Assembly: GCA_046483985.1 (NCBI GenBank)
Contig: JAWOCD010000031.1
Location: forward strand, 32,001 to 96,000
DNA: 64,000 nucleotides
From: Promethearchaeia archaeon
GTDB taxonomy: Archaea > Asgardarchaeota > Lokiarchaeia > Sigyniarchaeales > SOKP01
Direction: 5' to 3'
This document shows, in pieces, positions 20,801 through 28,553 of the stretch; within the stretch, counting starts at the first letter, position 1, and each line of letters opens with the position of its first letter. The notes below the pieces were generated by a model. The model was not told where the DNA came from, ran no database searches, and worked only from the letters and a program-made list of their open reading frames with translations. The position numbers and the translations under genes are program-made.

Positions 20801-21032
20801 TTGATAGATTATCCTTCCCATGCTGAATCCATTCTACCTCTTGATTATTCTGCGTGTATACATCATCAATAAAAATAAAATACGGAGATTCTTCATTCGT
20901 GGGTTTTATAAACCAGATTTCACGCTCTACTGTACCGTTATCTGGGAATTCCGAAAAAAGTAAGGGATAAAATAAAAAACTACTGATCGCTATTCCCAGA
21001 CACACGAGAATCGTTACCTTAGTCTTGGCCAT
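17865..21032 (-). CDS. Heparinase II/III-like paralog with substituted catalytic motifs
   Basis: Colinear with 14343-17480; ESFSI, HTQLD, SGF. Confidence 0.75.
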   Translation of the reverse strand: MAKTKVTILVCLGIAISSFLFYPLLFSEFPDNGTVEREIWFIKPTNEESPYFIFIDDVYTQNNQEVEWIQHGKDNLSINAGKHEWNFTTRDYFQEDQVKLYGKMLTDNVEFEKKMGFASVTENNEAPYLLAKVQGSQQIPTILIPLNETRTLPEIDVLKSQKNETSFRINHNSTEDIFWSRYDEQKEKITHEVDDWIPTAQSFFLRTNESDDPLSMGFKDATRLDKGAETHFLSSEPISGSLSFTEAGLDGTLSIKEPCQVELHIPEPESLLINGDLADSSEYIYEDGKLILDFEASRNYTLGDQYSNYGEMEIEEYSTPSGSEAIKKIKDKNHPYLVFDDSEIPDVLNENPPSPTEDFYQDLIDDTAEFETRIFLDGEVSFEDLERDPFKHALICWSLQVLEGEKDALKNIKKVLEKIPDYLHYTGKTLDTAQIASGAAIAYDTIYNNLTTSKQEEYAENLKTFVNPIKEAHDVIPLNNHLATDMGALGLVGLVTKDPDLVQLAINEMSNFLAAETVDGIPIESFSIATIGHHLAAPYFYAMSRLGIMDYYKKGGIIDRYYDRALDIMSPIGMFPHYEDAFDDWRPPIEFRQVAHLTENDELRKKISFFYNWQNQSSIYNLENKYFFMELFRWKDLPSPSDPSPNRTSWLSYKGGNAALRTDWDRDAVFISMNAKTYHQSHTQLDELSYEIYAYGALISMNSGFPGWKEEGHSECVSTVGSNSIRLNNQDQLQETCDGFSFHAFSKEVDIIAMDGGDLYRSPYALTQNPIFYIIIIILQISFAAIAFYYFLLLKMDKRYEETKEREDKNEAKLPTEQNNGSGGNNTLINLPSQFYTPIDDRLIYQWKVFQIITLVYFGLHFRIYAFAHSILRKLTEWSYTRDYELINAITNIVWVMLFVLPLIFTVVLYLLFWRVHKKIIATSTHQNSDIYPELKRRMSYIVIAAGIFLFLLDFAIYVREYRIMDLISKRFGTVSGFALEFVDWMLFQVGVMGLLFTFIIAVFIYKYYSLNPKESKKYSLRLLIVSLIFILLWTWLSLILHGVINSFTIETWVA

Positions 21033-21222
21033 TTTTCTTCGAAATTAGTTCAAAATGATATTTTTTGTTTTGATTAATCTAAGTAAGTAAGTTAAATTAA
21101 TCTTTAATTTTCTATCTGCTTGCTTAGTTTTAATGAAATATAAAAATTAATTAATTATTAAAAGTAAGTATAAATTAATTTGTTAATTTGACAATGATAA
21201 TTATATAATCTAAAGGATTAAT

Positions 21223-21738
21223 ATGGCAAAAAATAAGATATTCATGTTCGGGTTAGATAATGCTGGAAAGTCTACTTTAAGTGAATATATCAGAAAGGAA
21301 AAGGTATTGGATGATCCAAAACCCACAAAATCTTTTAATATTAATGATATGATCCTAGATGATTTGGAATACATTCTCTGGGACGTACCAGGGCAAATTA
21401 AATTCAGAAAAAAGTGGAAAAAAGGAGTATTGGACACAAATATCTTGGTCTTCGTCTTAGATACCGCAGATAAAGAACGCTTCGATGAGGCAAAAAAAGA
21501 ATTATATCGTGTACTAAACGATTTAGAAACGCGAAGCGTCCCCTTAATTGTATGTTTTCATAAAATGGATTTAGATGAGGCTCAGTCTAACTTTAAGGAA
21601 GCCAAAGAAACGTTGGAACTGTCCAGAATCGAGGAAAGGGAAGGATATTGGTTTAAAACCTCTGTTAAAAATGGGGTAGGAATCGATGATTTAAAAGATA
21701 AACTAGTCGACCTTGTAGAAAAATCTCGCTGGGGATAG
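21223..21738 (+). CDS. Arf-family small GTPase (eukaryotic signature protein)
   Basis: GLDNAGKST, WDVPGQ, HKMD, TSVK. Confidence 0.9.
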   Translation: MAKNKIFMFGLDNAGKSTLSEYIRKEKVLDDPKPTKSFNINDMILDDLEYILWDVPGQIKFRKKWKKGVLDTNILVFVLDTADKERFDEAKKELYRVLNDLETRSVPLIVCFHKMDLDEAQSNFKEAKETLELSRIEEREGYWFKTSVKNGVGIDDLKDKLVDLVEKSRWG

Positions 21739-21818
21739 TTTTCTACTTTTAAAATTTCAATTAATCTTTTTATGTTTAAAACCCTTATCAAGGGTTTTTT
21801 CAACCTTTGAAAAAACAT

Positions 21819-23246
21819 TTAATGTTTCTTCTCGATATTCAATTTTTCTGCTCTCTCTGCAAGTATTTTCTTAATGTTTTTCCTATCACCGGGGAACCAC
21901 CGTAGAGCAAATAGCCACAGTAATGTGCCCGGAACAATAAAAAAGATCAAAAAAGTGGAAACCAGCGGATAATTGTTCTGAGTTAGTCCCAAAAGAATGC
22001 CACATATTATTGGTCCGATCCCCCTTCCCAAAGATTCTAAAAATTGATTCCATGAAACAATCTGTCCTTGCGCTTCAGGTAAGTTAATTTCTTGCAAGAC
22101 CGGAGCTTGATTAACCACATATAGAGAAAAGATTGAGCGAGAGGTAAAAAATAACGCCCCCATAATCCAAATTCTTCCGTTGCTCATCAGAAAGAGGACA
22201 TTGCTCCCCTCTCCTGGAGTAAAATGGGGCCAAGGAAAATGAAAAAACAGAGAAAAGGTAATCAACCCTCCTGTAATCGAGAAAATTATAATCGGAATGC
22301 GACGTATAGGATGGTCTTTAGAAACTTTATCGGATAAATCTGCCAAAAATATGGTTCCCAAGAGCCCTCCAGATAATCCGAACACAACTAAAAAGACGGA
22401 CGTGGAGAAGGGAGAAATATTAATAGGAGGTGACTGGACGTAGGGAAGAATTAGAAAATTAATGCTTCCCAACAAAATCATGGTTGATATTCCTTCAATT
22501 AATGCAACGACATTTGTTTTGCTTAACATCGTTTTTTTCATGATTTTTTTATCTATTTCAAAGTCATATTCTATAGAATATTGAACTAAATGGGCCAGTT
22601 CTTCTCTTTGAGCCCCTCGTTTTGGCTCGTCTATATGATTATAAAATATTACCCCCAATATGATAATAGCAATACCGATTCCCCAAAACAATTGACGCCA
22701 AAACCCATTTTCAACAAGATAAGAGGCAATTAAATACCCAGTCACGGTGGAAATGTTTCGAACTATCTCATAATAGCCAAAAAATCTTGATCGCTTTCCT
22801 TTCGGAATCTCATCATCTGCGAGTGACATCACTGCGGGCCACATTCCTCCAGAAGCAGACCCAAAAATAAAAACAAAAATTAGAAAATAAAGCCACGTTT
22901 CAGCCCCTTGACCCGGATTCACGAATCCTAAAAGGATCATCGGAATGCCCCGAAATAGTGAGAGAATAAAAATGATCAAACGACGGGAGTATTTATCTAC
23001 CAATCGTCCTATGAATAATCCTGAAAAAGATCCGCTCCAAAAAAGGGTAGTAATAAGGATGCCAAGCTCAAGGGCATGGTAGGGCTCATTCGGCCAAAAG
23101 AGTAATGATAACGGTACAACTAAGACAACAAAACTACCGAATCCTATACTCTCAAACCCGTTAAGTAAATACAGAGGCCAGAAGGTCTTATTTATTGTCT
23201 TTAAGGTGTTGGTATCGGTATTTTTTTCATTTTGAAAGGGTTTCAT
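21819..23246 (-). CDS. MFS transporter
   Basis: GRLVDKYSRR motif A; about 12 TM segments. Confidence 0.88.
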   Translation of the reverse strand: MKPFQNEKNTDTNTLKTINKTFWPLYLLNGFESIGFGSFVVLVVPLSLLFWPNEPYHALELGILITTLFWSGSFSGLFIGRLVDKYSRRLIIFILSLFRGIPMILLGFVNPGQGAETWLYFLIFVFIFGSASGGMWPAVMSLADDEIPKGKRSRFFGYYEIVRNISTVTGYLIASYLVENGFWRQLFWGIGIAIIILGVIFYNHIDEPKRGAQREELAHLVQYSIEYDFEIDKKIMKKTMLSKTNVVALIEGISTMILLGSINFLILPYVQSPPINISPFSTSVFLVVFGLSGGLLGTIFLADLSDKVSKDHPIRRIPIIIFSITGGLITFSLFFHFPWPHFTPGEGSNVLFLMSNGRIWIMGALFFTSRSIFSLYVVNQAPVLQEINLPEAQGQIVSWNQFLESLGRGIGPIICGILLGLTQNNYPLVSTFLIFFIVPGTLLWLFALRWFPGDRKNIKKILAERAEKLNIEKKH

Positions 23247-23320
23247 ATTAAAATTTCAGACGAGTAATTATGAAATTAACTTCAAATCTAATAATTGTAA
23301 CTTTAATTTAAAATTGCCCG
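23226..23320 (+). repeat. Direct repeat copy 1 of a ~95-bp divergent promoter region
   Basis: Core 23267-23320 matches 30651-30704 at 52/54 nt. Confidence 0.85.
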
Positions 23321-23593
23321 TACGTCAAAAATTATTATTTATGAAAAGTTCGAAGGTCAAATTCCTTTTCCAAATGTCTCAGCAAATAAAAATAAATTTA
23401 GGGAGAGCTCCCGTTGATGTCTCAAAAGAAAAACATACTACTAAGTTTGAGGAGATTGAAAACGCTTTCAGCCGGTTAGAACATCTCAGGTTTATTGAAA
23501 AGAAAAACGGGAAATATAACTTTATCGGGACTGGTAAAAATAAATCGTATACAATCGATAATTATATAAACATCTTTTTGTATATATTATATA

Positions 23594-24100
23594 ATGCGAT
23601 GGATTTTGGGTGCGTGCACCTTGATTTATCTTGTCAAAACCGAATTACTTGAGAATTTTGTTAATTTAATTGATTATCCTCTCATTATTGATTCAAGTGT
23701 GCATGAAGAAGTGGTTCTTAACGGAAAACGGCAGAATTATAAGGATGCTTTCGAAGCGGAAAAGTTGTTAAAGCAATTTCGAATTCCCGTGATTCCAATT
23801 GATGTTTCTAAGCACTTGGTTTTATTTCGAGATGCTGGAGAAACAAGTTGCTATATCTTGGCTAAAGAAGAAGGAATTTGTCTTACATCTGATGAAAGGG
23901 CATACAAAAAGTTTCTTAAACACGGAAAAAAGGTTATCCGATTGGATACTTTTTATTTCAGAAAATGTGTTGAGGGAAGATTAACTAGAAAAGAATTTAT
24001 GACCATATTGAACCGATTAAAATCCGCGAATGCGACAAAACCTAAATCTATCTTATTCTTTATGGAAAAATTAGAAAAGCAAGGGGAGGTTAATAAATAA
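23594..24100 (+). CDS. PIN-domain (DUF3368-like) toxin homolog
   Basis: WILGACTLI, VHEEV, DAGE, LTSDERA; sits next to a UPF0175 gene. Confidence 0.75.
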   Translation: MRWILGACTLIYLVKTELLENFVNLIDYPLIIDSSVHEEVVLNGKRQNYKDAFEAEKLLKQFRIPVIPIDVSKHLVLFRDAGETSCYILAKEEGICLTSDERAYKKFLKHGKKVIRLDTFYFRKCVEGRLTRKEFMTILNRLKSANATKPKSILFFMEKLEKQGEVNK

Positions 24101-24104
24101 AAAA

Positions 24105-24440
24105 ATGACCGATGTAATATCGACTCGCCTAGATGAAAAGGATGTTGAAGAATTAAACAAAATATGTGAAAAAGAACATTTGGATCGTTCGGCACTTATA
24201 CGTAAATTCCTTTTGAATCAAATAAAAGAATATCATATGAAAGAAGCTGGTGAGAAATACAGAAAAGGATTGGTCAGCTTAGCTGAAGCTGCTACACTGG
24301 CAAAAGTATCGATTTATGAGATGATGGAATATATTGATCGGGAGCGACTTGAATCTCCTTCATTCTCAAAAGAGGAAATGGAAGCAGAGTTAAAAAACTC
24401 CGAAAATTTATTTGCGAAAATGGAAAAGAAAAATGATTAA
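24105..24440 (+). CDS. UPF0175 family antitoxin (RHH/HTH)
   Basis: VISTRL..DRSALIRK and YRKGLVSLAEAATLAKVS. Confidence 0.85.
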   Translation: MTDVISTRLDEKDVEELNKICEKEHLDRSALIRKFLLNQIKEYHMKEAGEKYRKGLVSLAEAATLAKVSIYEMMEYIDRERLESPSFSKEEMEAELKNSENLFAKMEKKND

Positions 24441-24449
24441 ATCAAAGCC

Positions 24450-24851
24450 TTGTTTAACGGTGCCGGAAGGATTGTATGGGGGAAATTTGCTGATGTGTTA
24501 GATTTTAGAAGAGCAATGATTACCATGTTTGGGATACAAGCGTTGCTGTTTTTTATCTATTATACGTCGAATGTGAACAATACCTTCTTTCTGGTAATGA
24601 CTTGTCTTATCTTCTTTTGTTATGGGGGGAATTTAAGTTTATTTCCCACGGCTACGAGTGATTTATACGGAAAAGAACATTTCAGTTCTAATTATAGTGT
24701 AATATTCTGGGGAAATGGTATTGCGGGATTTGTCTCCGCAGTTGCCACCAATCTGATTGTTTCAATATTTGGGAGTTATCTTTTATTATTCACCACCCAA
24801 AAAACCGTCAAAGGGAGAAATTTAATGCCTTTTGAAGGTCTTATTGATTAA
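24450..24851 (+). pseudogene. C-terminal fragment of an OFA (oxalate/formate antiporter-like) MFS transporter
   Basis: FNGAGRIVWGKFAD, CYGGNLSLFP, DLYGKEHFSSNY; N-terminal two thirds absent. Confidence 0.75.
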
Positions 24852-24862
24852 ATTTAAGGAGT

Positions 24863-25258
24863 TTATAGTTCCAGAAAATGTTGTAGCAGATCCATATAGT
24901 TTCTAAATTTTTCTTTTCTCATAGCATAATGAGTAAATCTTCCTTTTCTTATTCCCTCTATTACCCCAATTTTTTCCAAAACCCGGAGATGGTGGGAGAT
25001 GGTTGATTGAGATTTATTTAATGCTGCTTCTAATTCACAGACACAGCACTCTTTTTCTTTAATGATCCCTAAAATCTTTAAACGCTCTTCATTGCCTAAA
25101 GCATTGCACATTTTTAGAATTTTTTGAAAATTTTGTTGCTTGGTAATTGAGTTCCCTCGATTCTGGAGTGTTTGGCAATATTCATCAAGATCTACATCTC
25201 CTAACCCCTCGCATCCTTTAAGTGAGTCTATAATTTCTCTTCTTCTTTCTTTTTTCAT
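24863..25258 (-). CDS. arsR: ArsR/SmtB family metalloregulator
   Basis: ALGNEERLKIL, ECCVCELE, QSTISHHLRVL. Confidence 0.85.
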   Translation of the reverse strand: MKKERRREIIDSLKGCEGLGDVDLDEYCQTLQNRGNSITKQQNFQKILKMCNALGNEERLKILGIIKEKECCVCELEAALNKSQSTISHHLRVLEKIGVIEGIRKGRFTHYAMRKEKFRNYMDLLQHFLEL

Positions 25259-25326
25259 GTGAGAATCAATTAAAAATTTTTATTTCAAATATTAAATATC
25301 AATTTTCCTTTTAAAATTCATCCTTA

Positions 25327-25340
25327 TCGATTTAAATCGA
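25327..25340. promoter_or_regulatory. Perfect 14-bp palindrome TCGATTTAAATCGA, candidate ArsR operator
   Basis: Lies between arsR and the divergent acr3 remnant. Confidence 0.45.
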
Positions 25341-25367
25341 AATGGTTAAATCTATAAATTTAGATTA

Positions 25368-25490
25368 GTGTTGGTTGGCTTGGGAGTATTTGGTCCAAGT
25401 GCTGTATTGGCTACGGTTGTAGAGGTATTAATAGAAGTACCGATCCTGCTAGCGTTGGTCATAATTATGAAACGTTTAAAAGGAAATTGA
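25368..25490 (+). pseudogene. acr3: C-terminal remnant of the ACR3 arsenite efflux pump
   Basis: Translates to VLVGLGVFGPSAVLATVVEVLIEVPILLALVIIMKRLKGN*, resembling the ACR3 last helix ALATVVGVLIEVP. Confidence 0.75.
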
Positions 25491-25581
25491 GAATCTTCGG
25501 AAGAAGAAAAATAAGAAAACATTATATTTGAGGGTTGTTTTTTTAATAATTTTTTTAATTCTCCCCATAATTTAGTTATAA

Positions 25582-25650
25582 TTGAAGTCTCCCCGCCCTA
25601 AAGGACGGGGATTCCTACGAGTCCACTAAGCGTTAGCTGGTGGGCATATC
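25582..25650 (-). mobile_element. IS200/IS605-type right end
   Basis: Minus strand reads GAATCCCCGTCCTTTAGGGCGGGGAGACTTCAA: GC hairpin followed by TTCAA. Confidence 0.7.
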
Positions 25651-25669
25651 TTAGGGCTGTGTTTCGTAG

Positions 25670-26040
25670 AAAATTTAAGTATAATTTTTTATGAAAGTCA
25701 AATGCTATCTTTAATTTCTTTGGAATTAACTCTCTCTCCAATAACAAGGGCAATATTTCTTCTGAAATGTCCAAAAGCGTTTGATTTGTCTCTTCCATTG
25801 GAAATGCTTTCGCGTAATCCCTCATTTGAGAAGTATGGGGTAAAATACGTCCCGTGTCCATTGACGTGGAAGAATTATTTTTCAACAAGGTTTCTAATTT
25901 ATGATTCAATATTTGAGTTCCCGTTCTCTGACTATTCCCCACTAAAGCGTTAAACAAAGTAACGATAGAAAACTCCTAGCTCGAGTGCCCATCATATCGT
26001 TTCCTTACCGGCTTGCAAAACGACTTAATAATATAGACCA
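25670..26040 (-). pseudogene. ISH3/IS4-like DDE transposase N-terminal fragment
   Basis: KLKIAFDFHKKLY resembles the first-Asp motif; in-frame TAG upstream; truncated. Confidence 0.6.
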
Positions 26041-26200
26041 AAAACCTTTTATTAAACCTCGCACCTATATTTAATTGGGAAAAAGAAGAACGTGGATTTT
26101 TCCATAAATAGTTATTTTTACTCGTCATAAAGATAACTATCTTCTTTTTCCTATTTTAATTTAGCGCAACAAAATTATATAATAAAAGTGAAGATAAAAT

Positions 26201-26599
26201 ATGACAGAAAAAACTGCAGAAAACGCCAAAGAAGAATTTACCCCAGGAACTATGGGATTTATTCTTGGATTAATTTTCGGAGGAGGATTTGGATTTATAG
26301 CTACCTTACTATCCGGTTTAGATATCATTACTGGATTATTAATGGGTATTGGGGGTGGAATTATAATCGGTTCGATTATTGGTCTTGCTTTAGAAAGAAG
26401 ATGGGTTGGTACAAATGATAAACTAATAATTCCATTTGGATTAGGCTGGGGAACGGTAGTGGGTATTCTTTTAGGAGTAGTTACCTCTTGGATACATAAT
26501 CTTGCCTACCTCAGTGGATTTTCAGTGGGATCCATAACCGGTTTAGTCGCTGGAACTTTTTTAGGTACTTTACTCTATCTTTCCTCCAAAAAAGACTAA
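26201..26599 (+). CDS. Small Gly-rich membrane protein
   Basis: 4 TM segments with GxxxG repeats. Confidence 0.7.
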   Translation: MTEKTAENAKEEFTPGTMGFILGLIFGGGFGFIATLLSGLDIITGLLMGIGGGIIIGSIIGLALERRWVGTNDKLIIPFGLGWGTVVGILLGVVTSWIHNLAYLSGFSVGSITGLVAGTFLGTLLYLSSKKD

Positions 26600-26981
26600 A
26601 ACGTGATCTTGATTTTTCAAAAGATATTCTCCGATATTGTATTGTTGGAAGTTGAGCAATCTCAGGCCAGAAAAGGGGGGAATTGTTAAATTATTTATAG
26701 ATTCAAAATTGAACTACTAACCTCTAATCTATCTTTTAACATTCGCTTATAGAGAAGGGTTATGGCAATTTTTGGGATTATCGTCATCGGTTGCAACTTA
26801 GCCGTCCAGTGTATATAATAGAGCAAAATTCCAGAAGGAAATCAAAAAACAACCTCAAGAATAGTAGATCAAAAATATTTTATATCTATAATCGGAGATA
26901 TTGTGTATGTTAAGAAAGAAAGTTGTGAAACAACTGAAGTCCTTTCAAAATGCAAGTATTGGACCTTAAGGGTGTGAATCT

Positions 26982-28241
26982 TTGAAGATATTACTTGTAA
27001 ATCCGAACAGATTCAAAATCCCTCCCGTGATTCCCATAGGATTGGAATATCTGAGTTCAGCCGTGGAGAAGAGAGGATACGATGTTGATCTTCTCGATCT
27101 TTGTTTTTCGGATGCGCCAGAAAATACATTGAAGGGCATATTAAGGAGAAATAATTATGATATGATCGGTTTTAGCATCCGTAACATCGATTCGGCTGTG
27201 TATTTTAACCACCAGTTCTTTTTAAAGAACATAAGAAAGCTTGTCCAGATCGCCAAAAAGACTGGCATCCAGGTCATATTAGGGGGTTCTGGATTTTCTG
27301 CAATGCCCAATAAAATATTTAAATATATGGGAGCCGATTACGGAATTATCGGACCCGCCGAAAAAGCAATGGTGCATTTCTTGGAAAAATGGGAAAAAGA
27401 GGGAATAGATGAACCGATCCTTGATGGAACACAGTACGGAATCGATAAGAACGCAACATATATGCGGGCAAGAAAAATCGATTATGAACCCTACCTCGAA
27501 AAAGAAGGAATTGTAGGATTTGGAACCCACATAGGGTGTGCCCACCAATGTCCGTATTGCGTAGAGGGAGGAACCCGAGAGTGGTTCAGAGAGATTTCAA
27601 GTGTAATTCAAGAGATTAAATATTTGGTTAACCAAGGATATAAACATTTCCATCTATGCGATAGCGAGTTTAATGCCGACTTAAATTATGCCATCAATTT
27701 CTGTAACGCATTAGCGAAGGAAAATATGAATATAACATGGACATTATACATGAAACCGTATCCGTATACAGAGCAACTCTTCCGAGCATTGAGAGATTCA
27801 GGAGCTAATTTAATAACTCTTTCTGTTGACAGCGATAACCGTATTCAAAAACAAAATCGCTATACCCTGGACGATGTGAAAATGATTTTGGATTATGGAA
27901 ACAAATACGGAATTGATATTGCAATTGACCTTCTTACGGGTTACCCTGGTGAACCTGTGAATTCCACAAAAAAGATCATCAAATTTTTTAAAAACAATCG
28001 ACCGAAAACAGTAGGAGTCAGTTTTATCTACAGGATTTATGAAAACACTCCGCTAGGCGATCTCATACAGAACAGCCCTTCGCTTAAACACGGAATAATT
28101 AAATCATATTCAGGAGATCTAAATTTGTTAAAGCCAACCTTTTATGTACAGCTTAAACGAGAGTTTTTAGAAAATCTCTTCAAAGATGATGACTTATTTC
28201 AACTTGCCGGCTTAAAAGAAGGGGTCAATTATCAATTTTGA
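26982..28241 (+). CDS. B12-binding radical SAM protein
   Basis: LVNPN..PIGLEYL and SIRNID in the cobalamin domain; CAHQCPYC. Confidence 0.9.
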   Translation: MKILLVNPNRFKIPPVIPIGLEYLSSAVEKRGYDVDLLDLCFSDAPENTLKGILRRNNYDMIGFSIRNIDSAVYFNHQFFLKNIRKLVQIAKKTGIQVILGGSGFSAMPNKIFKYMGADYGIIGPAEKAMVHFLEKWEKEGIDEPILDGTQYGIDKNATYMRARKIDYEPYLEKEGIVGFGTHIGCAHQCPYCVEGGTREWFREISSVIQEIKYLVNQGYKHFHLCDSEFNADLNYAINFCNALAKENMNITWTLYMKPYPYTEQLFRALRDSGANLITLSVDSDNRIQKQNRYTLDDVKMILDYGNKYGIDIAIDLLTGYPGEPVNSTKKIIKFFKNNRPKTVGVSFIYRIYENTPLGDLIQNSPSLKHGIIKSYSGDLNLLKPTFYVQLKREFLENLFKDDDLFQLAGLKEGVNYQF

Positions 28242-28553
28242 ACAAATCAGAAAAACTATTTTTTCGTATAAAATAGGAGTTTCCCGATAAAATAAAATTA
28301 TTTTTAATTTCTTAAAATACGAAATTACTTGTCTACAGTACAAAAGAAGCGAGTACAGCACGGAGTATCGGCACTGTTAAGGAAGCAGAGTTTCTCGAAA
28401 ATGATCTTATCATCCCTATAGCGGGAAAATAGTGACTAATTCCCTACAAAAATCCTCCGTTTGAAAGTATATAAAGAAAGCCGTACTAAAATTTAGTTAA
28501 ATATTTATTAGAAAAATACAGTTCTATTTTCTATAACAAGAAAGGGAAGTTAT

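Noticed and set aside
23314-23652. 112-aa ORF
   Set aside because: No recognisable motif; starts inside the repeat and overlaps the PIN gene, so probably junction debris
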